This document shows, piece by piece, positions 39,016-49,495 of a stretch of 64,000 nucleotides of DNA. This DNA comes from Phoronis australis (lineage: Eukaryota; Animalia; Phoronida). Location of the stretch: positions 1-64,000 of the forward strand of contig NMRA01000031.1 of assembly GCA_002633005.1 (NCBI GenBank), in the 5' to 3' direction. Every line of letters starts with the position of its first letter. The first letter of the stretch is position 1. Made by a program: the position numbers and the translations under genes. The notes beneath the pieces are model-generated. The model did no database searches, was not told the origin of the DNA, and saw only the letters and a list, made by a program, of their open reading frames with translations.

Positions 39016-39329
39016 CATGGACGGCACAGCACTGAAAAAGTGAGGGCTATAGCCCCCCACCCCCTCTGTGGTGCACCGCCCATAGTTCTTGGGCCTCGCA
39101 GCATTGAAAAAAAGTGGGGGCTATAGCTACCCTCCCCCCCCGAGCCCTATGGTGCGCCGCCTATCAGTGCTGTAGTGGTAAAATTAGAGGTAAGTAGGCG
39201 CCCAAATCCTACCGTACCACCTTGAGCACTGAGCGTAACTTTCGGTGCGTAGACGCTACGTTCAAATATCAAAAGGTGGTTGGCTACCCCTACGTGCGCC
39301 TACCCCCCACTACAGCACTGCCGCCTATG
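39016..39329. mobile_element. MITE with 5-bp TSD (CCCGT) hosting a nested MITE
   Basis: CCCGT|CATGGACGGCAC ... GTGCGCCGCCTAT[insert]CCGCCTATG|CCCGT. Confidence 0.7.
39165..39320. mobile_element. hAT-type MITE (14-bp TIR, 8-bp TSD)
   Basis: CCGCCTAT|CAGTGCTGTAGTGG ... CCACTACAGCACTG|CCGCCTAT. Confidence 0.85.
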
Positions 39330-40155
39330 CCCGTGACAGAAGTACTGCGCACCAGAGAATGCCATACACGAGCTATGTCACGTGATAGTTCAAAATGTGG
39401 TTTTGCTTTGAGTGGCCAGGCAAAATAAAAGACGGTTCAATAATTTGGTTTCAGATGTAAGGCCAATCAGAAATTTTGATGGCACCTGGTGTATCAAACC
39501 GTTTATGCTCGGAATGAAGTAAATTGCCAGTAGACATCACAAACACATGAATTAAAAGAGCAACTACATCTCACCATCAGGGTCATTATAGTAAAATGTG
39601 CGTGCTAGAAAAGGGTCAAACAGTGACAGCAAGTTGATAAGCGCTCAGACAGTGGGTGTAACACAACACACGGTGGAAAGCCTACAAATCAATATAGCGG
39701 AACAGAGGCAGCACCATTCAAGTTTTTCATAACTGATCAACAGGCTCCAGAATGTTTAACCGAACTGGGTCATTTTCTACAAAGCGAAGGATGGTATTAT
39801 TTTTTATTTCTTAAGTAGCTATTTTCCGGCCATACTGATGTAGAAAACTAAAAAACTCGGGCGTGTTAATGTAGTGAGTAAGGATAGGAGGTTTTTACAA
39901 GCTAAAAACAGCATTTACACTCCTAATAACTTATTTCTTCAACGATCAAACATAGATTTAAGAACATTTTTTACAGTTTCTCTCTTTTCCAAAAACAAAT
40001 TAAAAAGCTTTTGTTGGAAACGATTCAAGCTGTTGTGCGATTCAAACTAATAAGTATTTTTTTCAAAATAAACAAAAATTTCCTGTCAAAACTATCCGCT
40101 ATGAATTTTATTTTCAGTGTTTTAGCGCAATTTGATTGACGCTATCGTGCGGCTT

Positions 40156-41733
40156 TCAAAAATGAGCTACGTGAACAAAACTGAAATACATGTATCTCAC
40201 TACATTTGGTGTCCTCTGCCCCACCACCAGATGTCCAGAGTTCTCATCCACACATATGTAGTGTGGTGAGAACTCACTCAAGCCCAGAGAGCGGGCGTCT
40301 ACTTGACGATGTGTCTTACATTCAAAGTCTGTGAATATCACCCGTCCACCCTCTGTGTCTGCCACTAGCAGTTGGTCCATGTGACACGTAATATAACCGC
40401 TATACTCATACACACCTGGGTAGACCTTCATCAGTCTACCAGCGGGGTCATACTTCACAACACCGTGAATGCCGTCGTCGGTGATGAAGATCTCACCAAG
40501 TCTACTACACGTCAAATCACGAGGGGACTGCAGTTGGTGTTGCGTGTTGGCTAACCTGAATTTCAATTTCTTCTTATTTCTGTCAAATACCTTGACGGTC
40601 CGGTTATTTATATCCGAAACAATTAACACCCCATCACCCATTGCTAGTCCCCAACACCAATTAAAGCGGTCATTCTTCCTTTCCCACCAACTCAGGCTGC
40701 TAAATCTCCGCTCAAGTTGAACAGCTTCTTTAACAGCAGGTAAAGGGTTCACAGGGTGGACAAGTGATGTACTCAAAACTGCAACGTTTGTTGCTAAATT
40801 AGGAGAAATTTTGCATGAAACATGTTTGTTTTCTGACATTGTGACGATATTACCAGACGTAGCTCGAATTACAAATTTCGCAGCCTTTATCTTAAATAGC
40901 GTTTTTTTCACCGTTGTCTCAAGTTGACCAACGTTAAGATTTTCAAGAAGTGACTTGATATCATCAAATTGTTGCAGTTTCTGGGCGTCGTGACATGACT
41001 GAAGAACATTATTTGCATGCTCTAAAACATCTGCAAACTTTGCCCTGTTCAGTTCAGCCTCGTCACAAGCAGCTTCTGCCTGTTTTCTGGCCGCCTCTAC
41101 TTGTTCATCCAACTCAACAATAGCCTTCTCTTCATTAACCTTGACTTGACGAGTGATCTCTGCCAAGAACTCGCTGTACATGCGATGTATCTCACTCTTG
41201 CAAGACTTTTGCTGTTCAGATAAACTTTCAAGAACTTTCTGTCGTTCGTCGTACAACTTTTCCCAATGCTCCTTAACTTCATTTTGAGGCTTCAACATTT
41301 TGATAATAGCTTCAGTGGCCTCTTTTGCAACAGCATCAAAATCTTTCAGTTTGTGTTGATTATGGTTCGAAGTGATGCAACGTGAACATATAGGTACCTT
41401 GCATTGTTCACAGTAAAATTCCAATATCCTCCCTTCATGAATTGAACAATGCATTTTATTCATGCGGTCGTTATTCGAAACAATATCACTGATTCCGGCA
41501 AGAACAAAGTGATGCTGGAAGCCTGTAGCACCTTCGCTTGGAACAGGAAATTGTCTTTTGCACAGCGGACATGGAAATGTCCCACTTCTCCCTTGCTCCG
41601 TCATGTGACTGTTCAAGCAGGTTGCGCAGAATGAGTGAAGACATGGCAGCACCCTGTGGTCTCTAGATTGCTCCATACACACGGGGCACTCCAGAAGTCC
41701 ACGCAGTTGTTGAACTGGATCGTTCGACGCCAT
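40156..41733 (-). CDS. TRIM-NHL copy B, C-terminally truncated (last NHL repeats missing; possible pseudogene)
   Basis: Same RING/B-box/CC/NHL architecture as copy A. Homology stops after DENSGHLVV (~40222) and the frame runs into unrelated sequence. Confidence 0.8.
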   Translation of the reverse strand: MASNDPVQQLRGLLECPVCMEQSRDHRVLPCLHSFCATCLNSHMTEQGRSGTFPCPLCKRQFPVPSEGATGFQHHFVLAGISDIVSNNDRMNKMHCSIHEGRILEFYCEQCKVPICSRCITSNHNQHKLKDFDAVAKEATEAIIKMLKPQNEVKEHWEKLYDERQKVLESLSEQQKSCKSEIHRMYSEFLAEITRQVKVNEEKAIVELDEQVEAARKQAEAACDEAELNRAKFADVLEHANNVLQSCHDAQKLQQFDDIKSLLENLNVGQLETTVKKTLFKIKAAKFVIRATSGNIVTMSENKHVSCKISPNLATNVAVLSTSLVHPVNPLPAVKEAVQLERRFSSLSWWERKNDRFNWCWGLAMGDGVLIVSDINNRTVKVFDRNKKKLKFRLANTQHQLQSPRDLTCSRLGEIFITDDGIHGVVKYDPAGRLMKVYPGVYEYSGYITCHMDQLLVADTEGGRVIFTDFECKTHRQVDARSLGLSEFSPHYICVDENSGHLVVGQRTPNVVRYMYFSFVHVAHF

Positions 41734-42912
41734 GTCCTGTAGATAGTACAAACAACATTAAAATTAGGTGTTTTTGAGATGCTATGAAAAAACAACGGTT
41801 AGTAATTTGCCAAAAAACAAGCCAATTATCAGGTCTCCCTGAGAAAGCGACCTATATATGTACCGGCGATTTTACTAAAAATGTCGTTTAGGTGTATCAT
41901 CATACCTTTCAGAACTTGTTACCTGATAAGTTAAACTATCATCCACGGGGTGATCAACACTGAAAAATAGAAGACTTCTTACTGGTGAAGCTGAAGCAGA
42001 ACGAGTCCTAGAAAAGAAAAAAGAGACTGCATTTAGTGCAATGTGTGAAACAGACTGTTTACCTGCCGTGCTAAATTTACATACAATAGAAAATTGCCAA
42101 ACTTGCCTGGAAGTGACGTCATTGATGGAAGCCTTTGCATGAGCTTTGTACACAGAATAGCAGCTATCAGAGAAAGGGGCTAACTATTTTTACCCCCTGA
42201 TCGCGCATATTGCCAACTCACTTCTATAGAAGTAAATGGTTTCTACGACTTGAGAGTGTTCTATGCGTAAAAGTACGGGTGCTTTAATCATAATGTATGA
42301 ATTTGAAAGTAAGTTTTCGTGGCTTTGAAGTCTTTCTTGATTCACCTTCAGTACAGTCATACCGTGCTGAGTTTGAAAGTAAATAAAACCACTTGTTCAA
42401 TTTTCTCGTATTTTTTACACGCTCTTTAGCGGCAAAGATGACGAATTTCGAACTTAAAGTCCGTATGTCAAAGGGCAATCTAGTTCAAAATCTTGAAAAT
42501 AGATACCAAATTAAGTAATAATGTAACATGGCATAATGTTCACATCCATTGTTATCAAACTAAAAGTCTTTTTGAGCACAATGAACCTCGCCCCATATCG
42601 GAAAATCCTCGACTATTCCCACCTATTTCCGTGACCTGAGTTCTTGTGTGTCAGTTCAGGAATGATTTCTGAATGTCGGCCATATTGTCCTTGAAAACGT
42701 ATTGACATCACCGTGAGCGTTAATGCGTTGTTACTTTGTTTGGGTGTTTATAATTCCCATTTTGTTTTTTATACAAACTTGATATTTTTGTCCAAATTTT
42801 ACCTGTTAGTTGCACATGAAGAATGGTATCAGTGGCGGATTTAGAGGGGGGCCAAGGGGGCCATGGCCCCCTATGCCCCCCCCCCTATAATTCTCCCAGA
42901 TTCCATTTGGCA

Positions 42913-43324
42913 NNNNNNNNNNNNNNNNNNNNNNNNNNNNNNNNNNNNNNNNNNNNNNNNNNNNNNNNNNNNNNNNNNNNNNNNNNNNNNNNNNNNNNNN
43001 NNNNNNNNNNNNNNNNNNNNNNNNNNNNNNNNNNNNNNNNNNNNNNNNNNNNNNNNNNNNNNNNNNNNNNNNNNNNNNNNNNNNNNNNNNNNNNNNNNNN
43101 NNNNNNNNNNNNNNNNNNNNNNNNNNNNNNNNNNNNNNNNNNNNNNNNNNNNNNNNNNNNNNNNNNNNNNNNNNNNNNNNNNNNNNNNNNNNNNNNNNNN
43201 NNNNNNNNNNNNNNNNNNNNNNNNNNNNNNNNNNNNNNNNNNNNNNNNNNNNNNNNNNNNNNNNNNNNNNNNNNNNNNNNNNNNNNNNNNNNNNNNNNNN
43301 NNNNNNNNNNNNNNNNNNNNNNNN
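42913..43324. other. Assembly gap (N run)
   Basis: 412 Ns. Confidence 0.99.
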
Positions 43325-44733
43325 AAGTCTGTGAATATCACCCGTCCACCCTCTGTGTCTGCCACTAGCAGTTGGTCGTTGTGACATGTAATATAACCTC
43401 TATACTCATATACACCTGGGTAGACCTTCATCAGTCTACCTTCGGGGTCATACTTGACAACACCGTGAATGCCGTCGTCGGTGATGAAGATCTCACCAAG
43501 TCTACTACACGTCAAATCACGAGGAGACTGCAGTTGGTGTTGCGTGTAGGTTAACCTGAATTTCAATTTCTTCTTATTTCTGTCAAATACCTTGACGGTC
43601 CGGTTATTTATGTCCGAAACAATTAACACCCCATCACCCATTGCTAGTCCCCAACACCAATTAAAGCGGTCATTCTTCCTTTCCCACCAACTCAGGCTGC
43701 TAAAGCTCCCTTCAAGTTGAACAGCTTCTTTAACAGCAGGTAAAGGGTTCACAGGGTGGACAAGTGATGTACTCAAAACTGCAACGTTTGTTGCTAAATT
43801 AGGAGAAATTTTGCATGAAACATGTTTGTTTTCTGACATCGTGACGATATTTCCAGACATAGCTCGAATTACAAATTTCGCAGCCTTTATCTTAAATAGC
43901 GGTTTTTTCACCTTTGTCTCAAGTTGACCAACGTTAAGATTTTCAAGAAGTGACTTGATATCATCAAATTGTTGCAGTTTCTGGGCGTCGTGACATGACT
44001 GAAGAACATTACTTGCATGCTCTAAAACATTTGCAAATTTTCCCCTGTTCAGTTCAGCCTCGTCACAAGCAGCTTCTGCCTGTTTTCTGGCTGCCTCTAC
44101 TTGTTCATCCAACTCAACAATAGCCTTCTCTTCATTAACCTTGACTTGACGAGTGATCTCTGTCAAGAACTCGCTGTACATGCGATGTATCTCACTCTTG
44201 CAAGACTTTTGCTGTTGAGATAAACTTTCAATAATTTTCTGTCGTTCGTCGCACAACTTTTCCCAATGCTCCTTAACTTCATTTTGAGGCTTTAACATTT
44301 TGATAATGGCTTCAGTGGCCTCTTTTGCAGCAACGTCTAAATCTTTCAGTTTGTGTTGATTATGGTTCGAAGTGATGCAACGTGTGCATATGGGTACCTT
44401 GCATTGTTCACAGTAAAATTCCAAAATTCGCCCTTCGTGAATTGAACAATGCATTTTGTTCGTGCTGTTAGTATTCGAAACAATGTCACAGATACTGGCA
44501 AGAACAAAGTTATGCTGGAAGCCAGTAGCACCTTCGCATGGAACGGGAAATTGTCTTTTGCACAGCGGACATGGAAATGTCCCACTTCTCCCTTGCTCCG
44601 TCATGTGACTGTTCAAGCAGGTTGCGCAGAATGAGTGAAGACATGGCAACACCCTGTGGTCTTTAGATTGCTCCATACACACGGGGCACTCTAGAAATCC
44701 ACGCAGTTGTTTAGCTGGATCGTTCGACGCCAT
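43325..44733 (-). CDS. TRIM-NHL copy C (3' end lost in the gap); near-identical to copy B, paralog or allele
   Basis: Open frame from MASNDPAKQLRG to GGRVIFTD, then Ns. Upstream flank 44734-45894 matches 41734-42912. Confidence 0.85.
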
Positions 44734-45826
44734 GTCCTGTAGATAGTACGAACAACATTAAAATTAGGTGTTTTTGAGATGCTATGAAAAAACAACGGTT
44801 AGTAATTTGCCAAAAAAAAACCCAGCCAATTATCAGGTCTCCCTGAGAAAGCGACCTATATATGTACTGGCGATTTTACTAAAAATGTCGTTTAGGTGTA
44901 TCATCATACCTTTCAGAACTTGTTACCTGATAAGTTTAACTATCATCCACGGGGTGATCAACACTGAAAAACAGAAGACGTCTTACTGGTGAAGCTGAAG
45001 CAGAACGAGTCCTAGAAAAGAAAACGAGACTGCATTTAGTGCATTATGTGAAACAGACTGTTTACCTGCCGTGCTACATTTACATACAGTAGAAAATTGC
45101 CAAACTTGCCTGGAAGTGACGTCATTGATGGAAGCCTTTGCATGAGCTTTGTACACACAATATCAGAGAAAGGGGCTAACTATTTTACCCCCTGATCGCA
45201 CATACTGCCAACTCACTTCTATAGAAGTAACTGGTTTCTGCGACTTGAGGGTGTTCTGTGCGTAAAAGTACGGGTGCTTTAATCATAATGTATGAATTTG
45301 AAAGTAAGTTTTCGTGGCTTTAAAGTCTTTCTTGATTCACCTTCAGTACAGTCATACCGTGCTGAGTTTGAAAGTAAATAAAACCACTTGTTCAATTTTC
45401 TCGTATTTTTTACACGCTCTTTAGCGGCAAAGATGAGGAATTTCGAACTTAAAGTCCGTATCTCAGAGGGCAATCTAGTTCAAAAACTTGAAAATAGATA
45501 CCAAATTACGTAATAATGTAACATCGCATAATGTTCACATCCATTGTTATCAAACTAAAAGCCTTTTTGAGCACAATGAACCTCGCCCCATATCGGAAAA
45601 TCCTCGACTATTCCCGTCTATTTCCGTGACCTGAGTTCTTGTGTGTCAGTTCAGGAATGATTTCTGAATGTCGGCCATATTGTCCTTGAAAACGTATTCA
45701 CATCATCGTGAGCGTTAATGCGTTGTTACTTTGTTTGGGTGTTTTTAATTCTCATTTTGGTTTTTTATACAAACTTGATATTTGTTGTCCAAATTTTACC
45801 TGTTAGTTGCACATGAAGAATGGTAT

Positions 45827-45982
45827 CAGAAGCGGATTTAGAGGGGGCCAAGGGGGCCATGGCCCCCCTAAAATTCTCCCAGATTCCATTTGGCAGTGTG
45901 GGGGTGCGAATGTCTGACGGGCAAAATCCTGGCTAATATTCTGCCCTGGCCCCCCTAACTCAAAATCCTGGATCCGCCCCTG
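45827..45982. mobile_element. GC-rich MITE (CAG..GCGGAT..AG termini)
   Basis: CAGAAGCGGATTTAG ... CTGGATCCGCCCCTG, flanked by GTAT on both sides. Related ends occur at 770-812, near 20817 and near 42829. Confidence 0.65.
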
Positions 45983-47401
45983 GTATTTACTGCATAATCG
46001 TAAATTTGCGAAGTACGTCGCACCTCCCGTAGCCAACGCTTGGCTACTGAGATCAGCCCTGACTCATCGCTAGGGTGCGTCAAATTTCAGAAACAGTACC
46101 CGTTTAGGTAATAAATTAGAGGAAAAAACTGTCTTTATCAACAAATATCTTAAAAATATCTTTTTCGCCATGAGCGCAGTGCGTACTTGGCAGCAAATCT
46201 TAACCGGGTTTACCGGCCGTTAAAAATGTACAATAGAAAAAACATCCACATGCGGCGATGTTTCAACAAACAAAAGCAAGATTTATCTCAAAACAGTGAT
46301 CTCCACACATCACTTGCATTAATGCACACCTGTGCTTAATTTTGCTGCCCGGACACAGTAACCGGCCAAGAAATTCCCCTGCAGTTGCCGTGACTCTTCG
46401 CCGGGAAAATAATCACTTTCTAAATTGGCTGTGATTTCAATTATCAGGGAAAATATATTTTAAACCTCATAAAAACTTACAATGTATACCTCTGTTGTAT
46501 AAATGTAAAAATTCCTCTCCGCGATGGGAAAATATTGCAGTGTTAGGAGCATGACGCAGTATTTTTTAATCTCTGTCACAGGAATTTCACTTGTTCAAGG
46601 CCCGGGTAGCTAATTAATGTGTTCATCTTGCCACGTGGAGCACAGAAGTCCACGCACGGCAGCTTGGCCAGGTGGTCCACGTAGCAGCTCGGGTTGTTTC
46701 TGGCTAAGTGGGAATTATTCCTTTTACTTGAAACTCAGTAATACTTATATTATACCATTTGGCACCATGAAAAGTTTTCTTCCTATAGTTATTTCGCCAC
46801 CAAGTGGTATTCTGTTGGTAGTCAGCCACCCGGTCGTAACGGAAGTCGCTGAAGACCACCGCCGATATCTTAGTTTTCGTTTAATATATTTTCGATAATT
46901 TCGCAAGTTTAATTGTCAGGATATTCTAAATGTTTAGTAATTTTATTCAATTATTTTGATGTTGCATGTTCGTTGTTCTGTTTATACTGTTTGTTTACCA
47001 GAGGTAGTTAAATCCAGTAAAACACGCTTAGCCTTGTCCACCTTAGTCTGCCTTGTTATTAAATCGTTGGCACAGGACTGTGACTAGCGCAAGTGTCGGA
47101 AGCTATCTCTGTGTGTACATGTATACGGCATTCATGATTTGAACCATTTGTTCCGATAAAACAGCCGTCTTTTGTCAGTGCGAGTACTCTCGATTGGTTC
47201 GCATCAGGCCATCGGCTGCAGGTCCTGAAGTCTGGCAAAACAATTTCTGTCAAATTAAATTTTGCCACATTTTGTCAATATTTTCAGTACAAATTGTCAC
47301 TATTTTGGTTTTATTAACGTTAAGGTCCGCAGTCGTTTATTTTATCTCCGTTTGCAGGATGGTAACAGACACTGCTCCAGTCGCACAGCCGGCGTTCTTA
47401 A

Positions 47402-47750
47402 AGGAGAATGCGACCTGATTTAACTAGTCTTTTTACCGTCTTTTAATCGGTCTATATCCACATCGCGTCGTATACGTTCGATCTTACCTCGCCAAGAGGT
47501 GTCGCGTTAACCTGTGAGGAAGGTTAGAAACGACGCAGCGATGTCAGTGGTTCTGCAGAGTGAATGCCGCTAAGGTGTGGTGTTTCGTTCCCGCTTGTTC
47601 GAACTACATGTATGAAACTGCGAGGAAAGCGGATATATCGTTTTTATCGATTTCCTCGAGAGCCCATAATGCTTCGGAAGTGGCTTGCGGTAATGAAGAA
47701 TGAAAAGTACGCCGTTAGTACCAAGTTTGAGTCCGTGAAACTTCTCCATG
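47402..47750 (+). mobile_element. Truncated copy of the Kolobok-like THAP element (one terminus + THAP start)
   Basis: TTAA|AGGAGAATGCGACC, then sequence matching the reverse complement of ~29860-30199 (FYRFPREPIMLRKWLAVMKNEKYAV). Confidence 0.8.
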
Positions 47751-49019
47751 ATATGTCAGTGGCCTGCATTTCATTGGATCGGTTGTTGATCAGTTTTTGA
47801 TTATGTAGAATTGTAGTTAGCCATGAAAACATAACAATTACAATTATTTTAAGGCGTGAGAACACAACGTTTTATATAACCTGCTTGATGACTTACTTTG
47901 TTCGTTAGGCTTCCGTCTGCTTGGTCCTCTGGGTGTAGGATGTTTTCGGGGGCCAGTTCTTTTTCTCAACCCTAAAAGAACGTGTGGTTCATGATTGATT
48001 TAAAAGTTTGTTTCAAACCTAGATACGAATGATGGTCCAAGTGTCAGTCAATCAAAAGTGACAAAGACGTTTGTCATTTTTACAAATAAGCTTTCGCCGA
48101 TAGACGGTTCAACACATGTTCATACCAAGCCGTGTCAGTTTATCAGAAAATTGAATATGGATTCTCCTTCAGTTGATAGATCAGTTAAAAATTCCGTAAA
48201 AGAAACTTATTCCCTAATGAGGCTTATCCAACTCGCGATCAACTTTTTCAGATTAAAACGAAATACATGAGGAGTTTTATAAATGGCTTTTAAAATTCTT
48301 GTAGTGCAACATCATGGCCACCACAGTTCAAGAACAATGACCTTCACCTCAAATTGGTGAAAATAAAGGAAAGGGTGCTTTTAAAGTCTAATACTAAACA
48401 CTTTGAATGGCAGGAACAGAAATATAAACTTTTCTACGATCCAGCAACGCTATTGACTTAAATTTAACAGATTGCAAAAATCGACTGAACACGGATTTCC
48501 AAACTCTTGGTCCGCTCCGTTGCTTCAACGTAAAATCACAAACTCTCCATACCGTACAATCCTTTCTGTAAAGAGTTTTTCAGAGGCAGCACTTAATTTT
48601 CTAAAGTTGGGGAGCTAGTGGTATGATTTCAAGCAGCTAAATTCGGTGACACTAAAATACAAACGCAACTGCAAACTTAAGAAGCAAAGCCTAGACGTAT
48701 CATTTTTGCAACCACAACTATCGCGGATATGCGGGGTTCACCAAACTGCCCGGCCTCCACTGGAACTACATGTACATTTTACTTACTTGTAATTGTGCGA
48801 TAAGTTAAGCGAGAAACGTTTGTTGCACGCAACAGGAAACTTTCGAGGGAAGACGATTTTGACTCAACGTGCCTTCTATTTATGCCTGGACGGTAGAACT
48901 CAAATGACCTGACTCGTGATAGGCGCAGTTGAACCCTTCCCTGAAACAATTCACCTCAGTGATAAGCCTCTGTGCGATTCATTGCGTCAGGTCATATCAC
49001 TCTGTCACGCAGGTATTCA

Positions 49020-49495
49020 ATTGTTGTAATAAATTACAGGCAGTTTGTTTGGATCTATTGGTGCGATTTCTTCATCGCCCTCACGTGAATGCGGGATGAA
49101 ATACATGCAATCCTGTTTACAAAATTTGACCACTTGTAACATAGTAGACGTCAGAAACAAACTATTTGAATACGCGAAACATGCTTGGGCTGAATCTGTT
49201 GTAACAAAACCCAAGTTAAGAACCTGCATTTTATTTAAGAACGATTTTTTTAACTGAGCCGTGTGTAAAGATTAATTTATCTCGTTCCGAGCGATCTCTT
49301 CTGACTCAGCTTAGAGCAGGAAATCTCACATTGCACTTGGAAATTGGTAGGCCTACATCTGAGTTGTGTGGTAAAAGGGACTAATAAGCCCAACTGGGCT
49401 GGGTACTTATCTTGCTTACGAGTGTTATACCTATAACTGTTTGATTTAATTGTACTTGTCACTATAATAAATAAATACTACTACTAATACTACTT
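49020..49495 (+). mobile_element. 3' fragment of a non-LTR retrotransposon
   Basis: KPKLRTC..FK..F..E....L.RSERSLLTQLRAG.L.L.LEIGR C-terminal motif, followed by an AATAAATAAA(TAC)n tail. Confidence 0.7.

Noticed and set aside
42806-43387. Long ORFs crossing 42913-43324
   Set aside because: Artefacts of translating the N gap.
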